Source: Tubiluchus corallicola (Eukaryota > Animalia > Priapulida). Taken from it: a stretch of 64,000 nucleotides of DNA. Position numbers and translations under genes: made by a program. Positions 51,448 to 64,000 of this stretch are shown piece after piece. The stretch is taken from assembly GCA_030141605.1 (NCBI GenBank), contig JAQGDQ010000276.1, forward strand, positions 186,001 to 250,000. The letters are read 5' to 3'. Position 1 is the first letter of the stretch. Every line of letters starts with the position of its first letter. The notes beneath the pieces were generated by a model, which was given only the letters and a program-made list of their open reading frames with translations, was not told the origin of the DNA and ran no database searches.

Positions 51448-52006
51448 GAGCCCAATGGACTGATAAAATGTCCTTATTCAGCTCTTAAACAATTAGGCTA
51501 AATTACGCTATACATTTCTTAGCATAAACATAAACATAATTAGGCGCACGGAGTTAATCCATAACAAAAAATTGAACATTGAGAGCAGTAATTGATATTA
51601 AAATGTGTAATTACAATTGTTTAAAAGGTTTGGTTACACCAATGCCAAAATAGTAATTAGTGTGTTAGACTAAATATAGTGACATTCTGATCACGAGCCA
51701 GTAAAGGGCTGCCAGAAAGCAACATTGACATTTTGACCTGTGTATCTAGAGAAGGGTATCTATGAAGAGGGATAGAATTAGGATACAGGTTTTTTGAACT
51801 TTGCGTGAGCTCTTTGCTGTCAGAAAATAATGGGACTGTAGATAGTGCTTAATTTTTTAACAATAAAAACTACACACAGTATTTAGGCACTATATTTCCC
51901 ATTATGTTTTTGCATCTGTGACTATTCAAGTGTTCATTTAATTCCACTCTTAAACGCATGTAGTGTACTGAGCTCAGTAAACAACTGCACATGTACAATT
52001 TAAGTG

Positions 52007-52922
52007 TTGTTGGGAGCCGTTTGGACCACTGCGCCAAGTAGACCACTTGATGCGCTAAAAGTAGTGTCCTACATGGGCAGCCCAAGTAGGACACTAGCGA
52101 TTTTTGTCGAGAAACTTGCTCTGGCAAAACTTGTTTCCAGTTTATATTACCATTGTTTATAAGTATTGTTATGACACAATAAAGCATAAAACAAAATTTC
52201 TTTTAGAAATGGATATTCCTTGGCAATTTACAAATGCATTTCTTACAATAATTTCATCATTATGATTAACTCCATTAATATATCATAACATTAAACCTAG
52301 TATCTAATGCTTTAAAGAGAGAAATTCTGCACACAGTTATTACAGAAATAATTGCAAATTTAAAAATGAGACAGATGCTGCTAAGCCTTCACAACACCAA
52401 AAAGTAATTTTTAACATTTAAGAAAAGCAAGGATAATTAGTTTTAATATTATCAGTAGTATTGTAACATGTAGGGCACTGTCCTACATGGCTCGCTAGCC
52501 CATGTAGGACACATAGATCGCTAGAACGTTTACTTATAAGAAAACAATTATTTGCCCAAGAGGTAGTGAAACGGATCACCTGTTTGTGAAGTGAGACAAA
52601 ATCAAAAAAGATATACCTTAAACAAATGTTGAATTCGCAAAAAAGTGGGGTTTTTTCACTTCAACAACATTAATATCGAAACCAAATTTAATATTGTCCG
52701 TTCTACCAGCTCAGAATAAAATTCTTTTATTTTATTAGATGTATAATAAATTATTCAACGTGTATTAACGTTTTTAATTATTATTATTACATAAACAAGC
52801 ACAACGGACGGTGTCAGTACACTTAACGACTGAATTCACGACCTGTCTCTAGTGTCCTACTTGGGCAGCCCAAGTAGACCAATTGGTCTACTTGGCGCAG
52901 TGGTCCAAACGGCTCCCAACAA
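52007..52922. mobile_element. Non-autonomous DNA transposon / foldback element with 39-bp perfect TIRs and internal palindromes
   Basis: 52007-52045 TTGTTGGGAGCCGTTTGGACCACTGCGCCAAGTAGACCA is the exact reverse complement of 52884-52922; superfamily and TSD ambiguous. Confidence 0.85.
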
Positions 52923-52989
52923 GTGTGCCAAAGAAACCCATGTGTTTCTCTTTAGCTGGACAGCAAGACTTTTAAGAGATGGGATGGAC

Positions 52990-54300
52990 TTAGGAAGTAG
53001 GAAGATCATTCCGTATAGTTGCAATTGCTGGAACATGTGATTTAAAAAAATAACTGCATTTCACATTAAGTAAAGCCAAGTTATCGTGATTTCTTAAATA
53101 ATAACTAGCTATATCCCTACTCAACTGAGGCATTATCTCATTCAAATAAGATGGTGACAAGTGATTAACAATTTTGAAGAAAATTTTCAATTAACAACAA
53201 AATACAGTTATTCTATGAAACTTTCTTCTTTTAAATCAGCCATACAATTTGATATCAGAGCTAGTGTTCTTCAGCTAGTATAGCTTTACTAGGAACATAT
53301 ATCGCTCTTATTTGGATATTCTCAAGAATGTCAGCTATGAAATTTTTAAATATTGCACATTATATCAAAATATCTGATCATAGGTTTCTAAAACTGTTCC
53401 AAGCCTGAACGAGGAATTGAGTGAGATCTTATGCAGTATGTCGATTTCTGATTCAGCTCAATGAGCTTATGAATGTGAGCATCCCATTTTAAATTTGACT
53501 GGAAACAGATGCCTAAGTATCTGTGCTTTAGCAACAGATTATAACACTTTATTATTGAAATAAAGGTGGAGGTTATGACGGTTCAGGCTTTGTGGAAATT
53601 TTGCAACTAAACAACATGACTTCATTCTTATCTGTACTGAAATTTATATTCAACTGTAAACCTTAATCATTAATTGTAATTAAATCATGATTTAGATAAA
53701 AAAATGGTTAAAGCAGGTTTATAAGTAATATCTTGTAATGTTGTGTCGTCCGCAAACAATCTTACGTTACACTAATTTTGTTGACTAAGTCATGAATGAA
53801 TGCCAAGAATTGTATATGCCCTAAAATGGTCCCTTGAAGGATGACATAACTCGACCTTTTAGAGAATTATTACATGTTGTTGCTGCTCCATCAAGTAAGA
53901 AATTAACCTTAGTTAAAAAAATTATCCATAACATCATTTCGCTTAAATTTATGCAGCAAACTCTGGACCCAACTTTATCATTTTGAACACTTTTGATGCT
54001 CACACATTATTCCCACCGCTTAGAGCTTGGCAAAATTTATGGGTTATGAAAATCAATTGGTAAACCATACCATCATTTGGCCTAAAACAAGAATTTCTTT
54101 TATTTAGCAAATTCTTGTTGTCTACAAAGAAATAATTGTGTAAATATTTAAATGTTATCCTTTCGGGCATTTTTGTTATGCATAGGAGTAAAGAAACTGG
54201 CCTATAATTACTTTTGTGTTGCCGGTCCTCTTTGCTTGTTTTCGCTTGTTTTCAAATTTTAGGGAAGGCACAGTTTTGAAAAGACTCTAAAGAAAATTCA
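52990..54300 (-). mobile_element. Degenerate CR1/L2-group LINE (RT to 3' end)
   Basis: Minus frames read NYRPVSLL (about 54190-54210), VRLFADDTTL (FADD at 53756-53745), YLGICFQSNLKWDAHI and PSYLNEIMP...YYLRN...NDLP. Confidence 0.85.
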
Positions 54301-55819
54301 TGGCAGACACTCTAGGCAGGCTTTGTTAAAAAAGACTTGCTGAGTAAGTGACGAAGTGGTACAGATAAAGCATATGTAGTCTTTCTTAAAAGAAAAAGCA
54401 ATTTTTGAACAACATTTATTGCATTTTAATATACAATTAAAAATATTGAAATCACCATATACGCGCCAGGGATGTTACCGAAACGAAATTTTCATTTTGG
54501 TTTCCCAGTAATTGCACACAATAATTAATTGTGTAAATAATTAATTTACAGAATTTTGTTGACTCAACTGCACATGCAAACTTGTGAGCATTTAGTAGGT
54601 GCCGAGCGAGTTACTTACTTTATAGAGATTGCTCTGTAAGTCAAAAAAAGATTGCTGAAGCACCTGGAAGAATAAGTGTTTATATTGCACGGTAACCAGA
54701 TCATGCCATCTTTCATTCAAAATGCATGAAGTGATCGCGACTTTAAATTGATTTTACTAATTACACGAGGTGTTTATCACAGTTTCATTGCTGAAACTTT
54801 CTAACATTTTTCTCAAACGTTAAAATAAACTGAACTTCCGGAGAGACTTGGCTTTTGCTCTAAAATTAAATTGCTAATATCAGGTTTGTTTGCCTCAAGC
54901 AAATATACTTTAATATACATGCGCATGTTTTAATTAGTTATCACTACAGTTATAGCTATGTCTTACTTTTCATTATTTTAGGTTCGACTTAAAAATTCCA
55001 ATGTAGAGGCACGATTTCTTACTTATGTCTGTTTTTAGGAGGCAGAACCCTTTAATTAATTTGCAGAGGAAAACTGTGTTTTGAATTTGCAAGTTTCATT
55101 GTGGCTGGTCACAGCAATTATATAAATTTGTTAAGAAATTATCTAGTCGGTGTTTTCCTTTTTTTAATTTTGTAATTGTTTGCGTAGTTCTTGTATTGTT
55201 CACTGCATCGTACTTTCAGGCCCGGCTTGTTCTCACCTTTGAACAGAAAGGTGCAATGGGCCTACTATCCCAAACTCCATAGAGACTCACAAAGAGATGT
55301 TTAGAGATGCAACACTGGGGCTTAAGCTGCATTTACGAGACATTTGGAATTGCATTATGTACACAAAAATCACTTAAATACGCATTTTGGTGAAAGCAAT
55401 TGCGTTATTTGTTCTACCTGTATTTTGCAGGTGTTTACATTTGGATATGGAAAATGTATGTGCAGTTCCACATGTGCTTTAGATGTGGTTTACTTTCTCA
55501 GATTCTGAGTACCAATTGGAAATATAACATCTAGAGTTAATGCACCTGTTAGTAATTGGCAGTCTATATTATTTGAAAGAAAACAAAACTGTTTCTTATC
55601 AAATTCTTTGCCACATTTGATACACATTAAATGGCAGAATATTGATACGCTTAGATTTTGTGATGTGGCTTTTAAATTAAAATGCCTGGAATTATTTTTG
55701 ATTTATGTACTACAAGTGTTTTGTGAGCAAGGTCAATTCTAAAAAACTTTAACGTTAACATTTTACAGCTTTTTGCCTAAATATACTAATTAATATTGTG
55801 TTCATCATTAGAGTATGAA

Positions 55820-58800
55820 ATGGGAACTATGGGCATGGCATTCCACCAAAACAGTTATCAAATTGCTGAGCAGAAAAAGCACAGTTCAAAGTGGATAGAT
55901 TTGCCAAATGAAACAGTGAAGGTATGTGCTCCAAGAAATATATAAAGAATAAGTTATGTATATAATTTTTGTTCACAAAATATTGCATACATATTAGTTT
56001 TACTGGTACTGGTACTGCATTTTAGCAACTACAACAGCAACACTGTAAGAAACAAAAAAGTGTTACAATCTATAATACATCAAAAAACATTCCAGTTACA
56101 AATCTTATTTGGTTAATTTTGTATAATGTAATTGAACATTGTTAGAATTTCAATAAAATTGCTGCTACAATGGTACAAATATACTACAAAACTATTACTT
56201 AAATTTTGTATTATACATAGAACATCTACACAATGGTATCAATGGTACTACTGAACATATTCAGGCCATGAGCAAGACTATGAAGTTATAGCAAAATTAT
56301 GCAAAATACTGTATAGCTTTGTAAAAACCTCAGTTTCTGAATCTCCTCCATTCCATTCGAAAAAGGCAGCATTCAAGGAGATCCATTACCACCTGTTATG
56401 CATTGTCCTCCTAATGTGTTTCAACCCAATGCATTGTAATTGAGTAGCCTAAATACATAAATGAAGCAATGGTATTATATTGGCAATTCTCACTTCATAA
56501 CACTTCTAGACACCGATGATGTTCTACTTGGTAACAGCCAATGAACGATCTCATAATTAACAAAATTAGTGAATTTATGAAGTCTGTGGGATTGTGTTTG
56601 AAACCGGACATCATCATCATATGCCCATTATGTTTATTGTGGACACTGGGCAAGCAGCTCTCTAAAATAAAACAGGTCTTTACCTATTGCATCTGGCAAA
56701 TCATATTTAATTTGCTTTACTCGGATCTCTAAGGGATAACCACTAAAAGTTTTTGTGGTCTGTGTTCAAGTGCTTCACTCCAACTGACTCTGAGCTGAGA
56801 TAACAGTATAGTACAGTGTAACATCATTATAGTGAATCTTCTAGGGACCCAGTATGCGGCTAATAAAATGTATTAATAATGTTGAATGTGTGGCTTCATG
56901 GAGGCTGTAAAGTGCTTTTAGAAGATGGTGTCACAGTATCAACTACTTTTCAGTATATTCAAATCCAATGAAATATATTTTGTGTGACTTCAGTAAACTT
57001 AAAACTGGTGAGCATTTCACATTAAGTTGCGTGTAAATTACATTCAGAAAAATTTACGTGGCATATTCTGTAAACTCTGAGATTAAAAAAAGCCAGTCAG
57101 TTTTTCCACAAAATTTTTGTTTGTCTCCTTGTATAAAAAGTTTTTACGTAAATAAGTTGTGTGCCAAGCCAATGACTCATTGTGTTTATAAAGCTCGTGG
57201 ACAAAATGGCCTTTTCACACAACATGTTAACAACTCTGTATGCTGCTGCATAGAGCATACACAACAGCTTTCTCAGCACCAGGAATGACGGGTTAAATTT
57301 AACTGTAAATTAATTTGCAAATGCTGACTCAAGTAAAGTATGCAACAATAACTTATAAATATGTAGTAATACACGCAATGACCCACAATAATTGTAAAAT
57401 TCAAATCTATAAGTGTTCCTTGCTCACTAGAAGATTTTGATGACGTTTTACAACCTACCTACAACTTACCTGGAAGAGCTTAGCGTGCTTACCACTCGGA
57501 AACCAAAATATTAGCTTAATATGCCACAAAGGACTGCTGCTATCATTACTGAAAATCTCTGAATTGGTTCTATGTTAAGTCTTTATTTTTAAACCCGTAC
57601 CACTGCATACGTAATAACCACAGCGAAAGCAGGCACGGAGAATCAGAGTGGTTACATACACTCAATTACAGTAGATATAGACACATTATTCAGTAGCATG
57701 CTGATAAATAATCCAACTTAGAGCTTAGAACAGGTTAAGGACCTAAACATGTGAAAGTGAAAAGTGAAAAATCATTACAGGATGAAATCTAATGATGCCA
57801 GCACGATCGCATTATAACACTGTTTACGAGCAAGATTTGTTGAACGTGTCATTGTAGATAAAAACGAGTTTGACGGAAAATCTTGTTTTCAACTTACCAA
57901 GGAAAATCGTGCAACCTACAATCAGTGCCTCTATCAATACTGTCCTAACAGCCCCATACCTCCACCATTGGGTGAAAGCTTGTCTACAAAATACAAATTA
58001 TGCGGGAATTGCGAGTCACTAGCACATGTCCTTAATGGGTGCAAAGTCACGTTAAACCGAAACAGGTATAGCTATAGATATGCCTCTACTGTACTTCAAC
58101 TCTGAAAATTTCTTAAAACATCACGATATCAAAACTATACAAAGTACTCATTGTACGTAGACATTAAAAATGGTAACAGAAGGAGCAATACTAGTAGATT
58201 GGAACATGACAAACATTGGACTCAGGACAAAACTACAACTTAAAGCAGAAGTATGTTCATTGAACTTATGGTGTCTTTCAACACAAACGGAACAAACTAC
58301 AAAGGCATTAAATGTTCATCTTTATTCATAGACTCTCCACTGTTGGTTTCTCTGCAGAACTCATAACAATGGAAATTGGTTGCAGTGAATGCATGCCCTC
58401 AGAAAACTTTAAAAAGGTAAAGAAACTTATAAGCTTAACAAAGTCGAACAGCAAACCATCAAAATTATGAAAAGTCATCAAAACGAGTTTTCGCGGCCTA
58501 TTCAATTTTCCTTCCGAAATATGTGCCTTCTATTTTTGTGTCTAAAAGTAACAGTTTAAACGTAATACTGTTGTAAAGTACTGTAACATGAATATAATTC
58601 TCAGCATATCCTTTGCAAATTCTCAAATTTTCTGTATAGCTTGTCTTATGTCTCCAATATAAATACGTATTTGGTCTCATTCTCTGTGATAATTATACGT
58701 AATATGTGCATACTGTACACTGTTTTGTTATGTTTAACTGCTGTTTGTGTGAAGTTCTTTCCTGCAGGACAGGTAACTGTCCTAGCCTGGAGATATGTAA

Positions 58801-61800
58801 AATATGCTTTATTTATTTGAAAGAAAGTAAACATAGAGGCCTGATTTGCAGTGGCGTCGTGCCGGGGGGGCCCGGGCCCCCCCAATTTTTTTAGAAAATG
58901 TCAAAAATTTGAAGGGCGTCAGCGGCTCGTAATGAGACCGGTAAGCAAATTTATTTCCGACTTTTTGACACGCGGCCAGCGCTCCATAAATGCGAACAGT
59001 ATGAGCATGAGTATGTGTTTACCTGAAAGTCAGGATGTAGTTAATTTGTTTGCCTGTAATCTATCTATTCAGGAGGCAGGCAGGAACAGTTAACAAAGCA
59101 GCTCGTTGAGTAGCATTAGCGTCTTTGCACAAAAGACTGTTAGTTAACAAAACGGCTCAGTTAGCACTCGAGCTTCGTTCAGCAGTGTGTTATAATAGAG
59201 AATAAGTGAAATAATAGAGCAAAAACAATGCAAACATTGAAGTCATGTTGAGCTTGCCTAGTACCAGAGAGTCAGTTTGTCCAGCTAGCCTAGTACCAGA
59301 GAGTCGGTTTGGGAGATACCAATTGATGAGCCATGGCTCAGCCACCTCCTGATTGGACATTAATGACTCTTTGCTACTCCTTAGTGACTCTTTCCCACGA
59401 GTTTGCTGCATAAAAGGGCGTGATTTTGAGCACATTTCATCATTTTTCTGCTGCTAGGAAAATCTTTGCTAGTTTTCGCTGCGATTTTAGTTATATTTCT
59501 TAAACGATGTCGAGGCAGTCCAATCTGACTTCATTTTTCAAGTCCAACCGTGTTCCCGACCCAGGTTCTACGGCGTCTGTATCTACTGTAACGTCGATTC
59601 CAACAGAACGAATCCAAAAGGATGAGTACATCCGTCGCGGGCCATTGCGGGACGTAGTGGATGCATACCCAAAGACCAAAATGGGAGGAAAATCGAGATC
59701 ATTTCAGGGTCAGTGGTTCAACGATAGGTCATGGTTGGAATACGTAAAGGATATTGATGCTGCATTCTGTTTCCCGTGTCGTGTGTTTGGCGCTTAAATT
59801 TGTCAAGAATGCTCTCCGCAGTACAATGAGTCAGACGCGACTGAGTGACCTGATGATCCTTGCAGTTGAGGCTGAGAAAACAAAGAATATGGACTTGAAG
59901 TCTGTGGTTGAGCTCTTCTGGAGTGATGTTCTGCGTCGATAGTTCTGCGTCGGATTCCTGACAGCTGATAAATACTTAATTAAATTTTAATTTAATTTTT
60001 AATTTTAATTAAGTTTCCGTTGCTATAGCTTTAAGTTAAATGCCATGTTAAATAAATCGTTTTTCTTGCACGCAAAATACTGTTTATTTTTTTTTCAAAA
60101 TTAAATTTTCAAAATTTAAAATTAAAATTTAAACAGTTAAAATCCGCCATTATAGTCGCCCCCCCCCCCAATTTTTTTGGGTGCACGACGCCCCTGCTGA
60201 TTTGTGTTCAGTGCTTTTTAACAATATCTGTAGAAATTTGTTTTTCATTTGCATTGAGAAAAATTAACCACTAATATTATATTTTCTTTAAAAATCACTA
60301 ATGAATTTTTGTGTAATTGTTAGGCATGTTTTCAGAATCAACGACAGCATTTCAAGCAATTGGCAAGAAAGGAGACAGTCCTCGAAAGCTCTAATACTTC
60401 AGTTCAATCCCATGAACTTTCAGTGTATGGAAACTTTCAATTGCCACTAAAATCCATCAGTATTGCTGTTCCGGCTCAAGGTTACTTGAGTGAAACATCT
60501 CTTGCTTTACAAGAAACACCTGTATTTACACAGCAGCAGATTATGTCCAATTTTGCAATAACAAAGGACCAAGTGCATGAATCATCTATTGACACTAAAT
60601 CATTATCAAATGTAGATGAACAGAACAACCTCGATGCTTTACTCAGATACATTCATGAACAAAAGCCCACGATTTTATTTGAACCATTACCAATAACAGC
60701 ACTTCCAGCTGATAGGATATTAGAAAAATGTGAACATACACCCAGCATCTTACCAATACCGCCACTACTACCTTTTATGCCATTACCGTCAAGCTTTAAG
60801 TCTCAATTGAAAAGTTACAATGACAGTTACAGATGTGATGTGACCGTGGAAGGTAGTTTTCCATCAGTAGAAGTGCTTCCTGGGTTTATGGAATCACTTA
60901 ATAGTAGGAACTTTCTGTATCCTCTTACTGAAGAGTCTGCTTCACCACCTTTCTGCACCTCGTACCAGAATGACAGGAACTATAACATGGCAAATGCTTT
61001 TTGTCAGAATTCAAACTGTAGTACTGTTTGGATGGTAGAAGAGTCAACATACGTGAATAGTGAAGCCAACAAAGGACATTCTGACAGTAATGTTATTTCT
61101 CAAGAACGAGTCTCCTCATCACGTGTAGATAACACCGAGCAACAATATATTCCAGTCAGCTTCATCAACCTGGACATACATATACCAACAATATATGATA
61201 GCTCTATCACAGGATCATTGTATGACTACAGCAGCACTCGATCAGATTTGTGCATCTTGAAAAATACTTATTCTACTTTTTGCTCCGTGCTTCCAATTGC
61301 TGGTCATAAGTCACATATCGCACGTTCCAGCAACTGCAAGGCACGACAACAAATGCAAACTTCTGTCACACTTGATGATTTCTGCTCATTGTCTAATGAC
61401 ATTCATCTTAAAACTTTTAACCAATTGCACGCAACAGAACCTTCTATATTTGACAAAGCATTAAATTGTGAAGCTAATTTTCCTTCTCGCCATGATGAAG
61501 AAATTCGTATTAATTCTTTAATACCTGGTCAGCAATTAGATGACTATGGTACGATATCTGCTTGTGTTCCTGTGACCTCTTTGTGCACAAAAGATGCACC
61601 ATTGGATTTTACTAATAATTTTGCATATTGTGCAAGTTCTTCTGCAACGTCAGTTCAGTCTCCTCGATTTCATGACTGTAGTTTTTACACTGTAGATGGA
61701 GCCAGTGCCTCAAAAAAACTTCACCGTGAAACAGAACCGTTTAACGCAGAACATAAGACAATTCTTGATCTGTCTATGATAGGTAATTTAGCACACATTA

Positions 61801-62842
61801 TTTTAAATAATTCTGTATTTTAATAAGAACTTACAGTGAACGATTTACCATGCAGGTTTACGTAATAGAGCTTTTAGTCATATCACATTAGTTTGTTACT
61901 ATGCTAGCAGGTAATATCCTAATATGCCCCATAATAAGTGTGCTAATATACGCGATTTGTTTAACATATACATGTGTTTAATTAGAAACGATGTTTTCTA
62001 CACTACAGCAAGAAAGTTTTCTGAGTACTTTTTTAGTAAACACTTTCTTGATAATGTATTAAGTAGCCACAATTTCTTCATAATTTAAGAAGTCCTTTCA
62101 TCACCCAGTATAATTGCACAATCTAATTTATTATTTGACATAAGCTGATGTACATTTAATTGTTCATAGTAAGACTGCAATAAGCTTTAATAAGTCTTTG
62201 TTGTTTTATGTAGGAAAAGAACCACAGGAAGTTCTTTGCCAAAATGAAAATTCTTGGCAAGTTTATGGCCATCAGGATTTTTGGCCGTTAGTGACCTCGA
62301 GGCAGGATACTAGTGCAGACAGTGCTTATGCTGACCCGAACAATAATAACATACAATGTAACTACAGTTTGTGCAATAATTTAGATGAAGAACAACTAAG
62401 TTTTTCCACTTCAGTAATAAACTTTTCTGATCACGTTTGTCAAGAAACTGAAAATTTTGAGATTCAGAATTCTACTTTTCACAGCGCTAGTGAAAGGAAC
62501 CGTAATGGAGTAATTGACTATGTTTCGCAATGTCATCAATGTCCTCTGGCTTCACTTGATGAACACTGTGACTACACTACGTCTCTTGTTGAATGCGGGC
62601 AGCATCCAACAGGCTCTTGTGAATATACTTCTGTAACTTCTCTACAAGACAATCTTAAGCAAGGTATTAGTCACAATGGACTCACAAACAATGCAGAGAT
62701 TCAGCTTTACTGCAACGAAGATCCCACTTTACCTGAATTTAGCATGCTGCGAGCTTGCTTGAATGGTACATTTGCACAAGCTGAATATGAACATAGATCT
62801 GAACTGCCTGGATATTTCAAGGAATTTTTTTATAATGAATAA
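55820..62842 (+). CDS. Uncharacterised ~730-aa Ser/Thr/Asn/Cys-rich, probably largely disordered protein
   Basis: Exon 60324 (or 60336)-61782 is a 1.46-kb stop-free frame in AT-rich DNA. It ends ATAG|gtaatt in phase 1 and joins the phase-1 acceptor at 62214 (to TAA 62842). A putative upstream exon 55812-55921 (MGTMGMAFHQNSYQIAEQKKHSSKWIDLPNETVK|gtatgt) is phase-0 compatible, but the start is uncertain. No family recognised. Confidence 0.7.
56200..58560 (+). mobile_element. Degenerate RLE-type non-LTR retrotransposon (HERO/NeSL/R2-group-like)
   Basis: In order: RT-like PFEKGSIQGDPLPP, DTDD, MKSVGLCLKP; zinc knuckle LCGNCESLAHVLNGC followed by RYSYRY...VL; RLE-like FIELMVSFNTN and GFSAELITMEIG; many stops and frameshifts. 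Confidence 0.7.
58849..60196 (+). mobile_element. hAT (Tip100/ZMYM-like) element with internally deleted transposase, 1348 bp
   Basis: TIRs CAGTGGCGTCGTGC / GCACGACGCCCCTG; perfect 8-bp TSD CTGATTTG (58841-58848, 60197-60204). The N-terminal TTF zinc finger RSFQGQWFNDRSWLEY...DAAFCFPCRVF (59507-59797) joins out of frame at about 59790 to the hATC dimerisation tail ALKFVKNALRSTMSQTRLSDLMILAVE. Confidence 0.95.
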
Positions 62843-64000
62843 TGAGTTTTATAGTTAGCATCCAAAAAAGCTCATACTTTTATGTTGTACCAAAGCCTCT
62901 TTTTGTGGTTTTTGGACATTTTTGAAACCGAGTTGCCTGAAATTTTTTTTGACCCTTATTCAGTTATAATGATGTGTAAAATAATGTTCTGTTCTCAAAA
63001 TTAAAATACAAAGCTGCTACATGTAGATTTTGTTTACGAAATATTTGAAATTATTAATTGTTTTATTGCTTATCTTTACCCACAAATATGAACTATTACA
63101 TTTTTTATATTTTGTGCTATTATATTATGACAACTTAAACCATTTGGGAGGGACCAAAATATTTTGAGATCAAATGAATGGCAATCTAATATCATTACAG
63201 CAGTTTTGTACATTTATTATACAGTATTATTGTGTATTATAAAAAAAGTATACAAAATACTCGGGTGTTTTAAATATTTTATATTTTTACATTAATATGA
63301 CAATAATGCCATTAGTGATGTTTGCCTACACCATTTTTGTGTTCAAATGATCCTACGGGGCACTACCAATTTAATTTTTACATATTTTTGTTGTTTGTTA
63401 TTGTTATGGTTAATGTTGGTGCCTGTTTTTATTACTATAACTCTAACTACAGAGTATTATGTTGTTATGTTTAGTATATCACTGTATTACTGTATTAATA
63501 AACCAACATTATTATTTGAAAAGCTGTATTGTTAATAGCAAGCACAAGTTTTCATTTTTGGAAATTTTTATTAAGTTTAATAAATAATAATACAGTAACA
63601 ACGGAACTAGGGTAACATGAAGGTGAAATTACATAAAATACAATGTAATACCAACCAACTGATAATATAACAAGTTTATAGAAACAAAATTATTTACAAT
63701 GAAACAGGACATTGGGTATAAAGCAGTTCTGAAGCACTTTGTTTAGCAAAGAGCTGCAGGATGTCAGGTGCTTAATGAGTATTATGTTTATCAAGAATTT
63801 TCTTGAAATAATAGATAATAGAATCTGTTGTCATTCCTAAATTTGTCTTGGCATGTAATCGATCTAAGATCAGTAAACAATCTTCGACAATGTAAAGCAT
63901 AATCATGAAGCACACTTCACAAGTGTATAAAAAGCAAATTTTATTAAAGTCACATGTAAAGTGCACAAATTTTACACCTCATTTTTTATTAATTCTAGGC

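Noticed and set aside
55431-55455. 25-nt micro-exon ending ATGGAAAAT|gtatgt as start of the orphan gene
   Set aside because: The splice sites are plausible, but its ATG frame hits a stop in the next exon; at most a UTR exon or uORF
1-64000. tRNA, rRNA, CRISPR arrays, SECIS or prokaryotic systems
   Set aside because: No cloverleaf, rRNA or repeat-spacer structure seen; GTTCGA-like hits (22794, 39098) lack tRNA context; all genes found are spliceosomal eukaryotic genes

Overview
AT-rich, intron-rich animal (invertebrate, probably lophotrochozoan; inference only) genomic DNA. By manual splicing I reconstruct six protein-coding genes. (1) The 3' five exons of PLAA/Doa1 (+). (2) A complete 83-aa ELOF1 (-), invisible in the ORF track, whose last intron has U12 (minor spliceosome) signals. 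(3) A single-coding-exon G-protein gamma subunit (+, CAAX = CAIL). (4) A complete 14-exon TMEM62 metallophosphoesterase (+, 647 aa). (5) A complete 6-exon Speedy/RINGO CDK activator (-, 362 aa). (6) An unrecognised ~730-aa low-complexity protein (+). Introns and intergenic DNA hold many transposon relics: at least six hAT-type elements, most with readable TIRs and 8-bp TSDs (two nested pairs, one internally deleted transposase); two pogo/Tigger MITEs; an Academ-like remnant; a palindrome-rich foldback element; and degenerate non-LTR retrotransposons of several clades. The most notable non-coding signals are the U12 intron with nested tandem U2 donors, a Penelope-type hammerhead ribozyme core downstream of ELOF1, a long intronic inverted repeat abutting a TMEM62 acceptor, and a CPE/hexamer arrangement in the Speedy 3' UTR. 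I found no convincing wholly new multi-gene system. All homology calls are from recalled motifs, not database searches.
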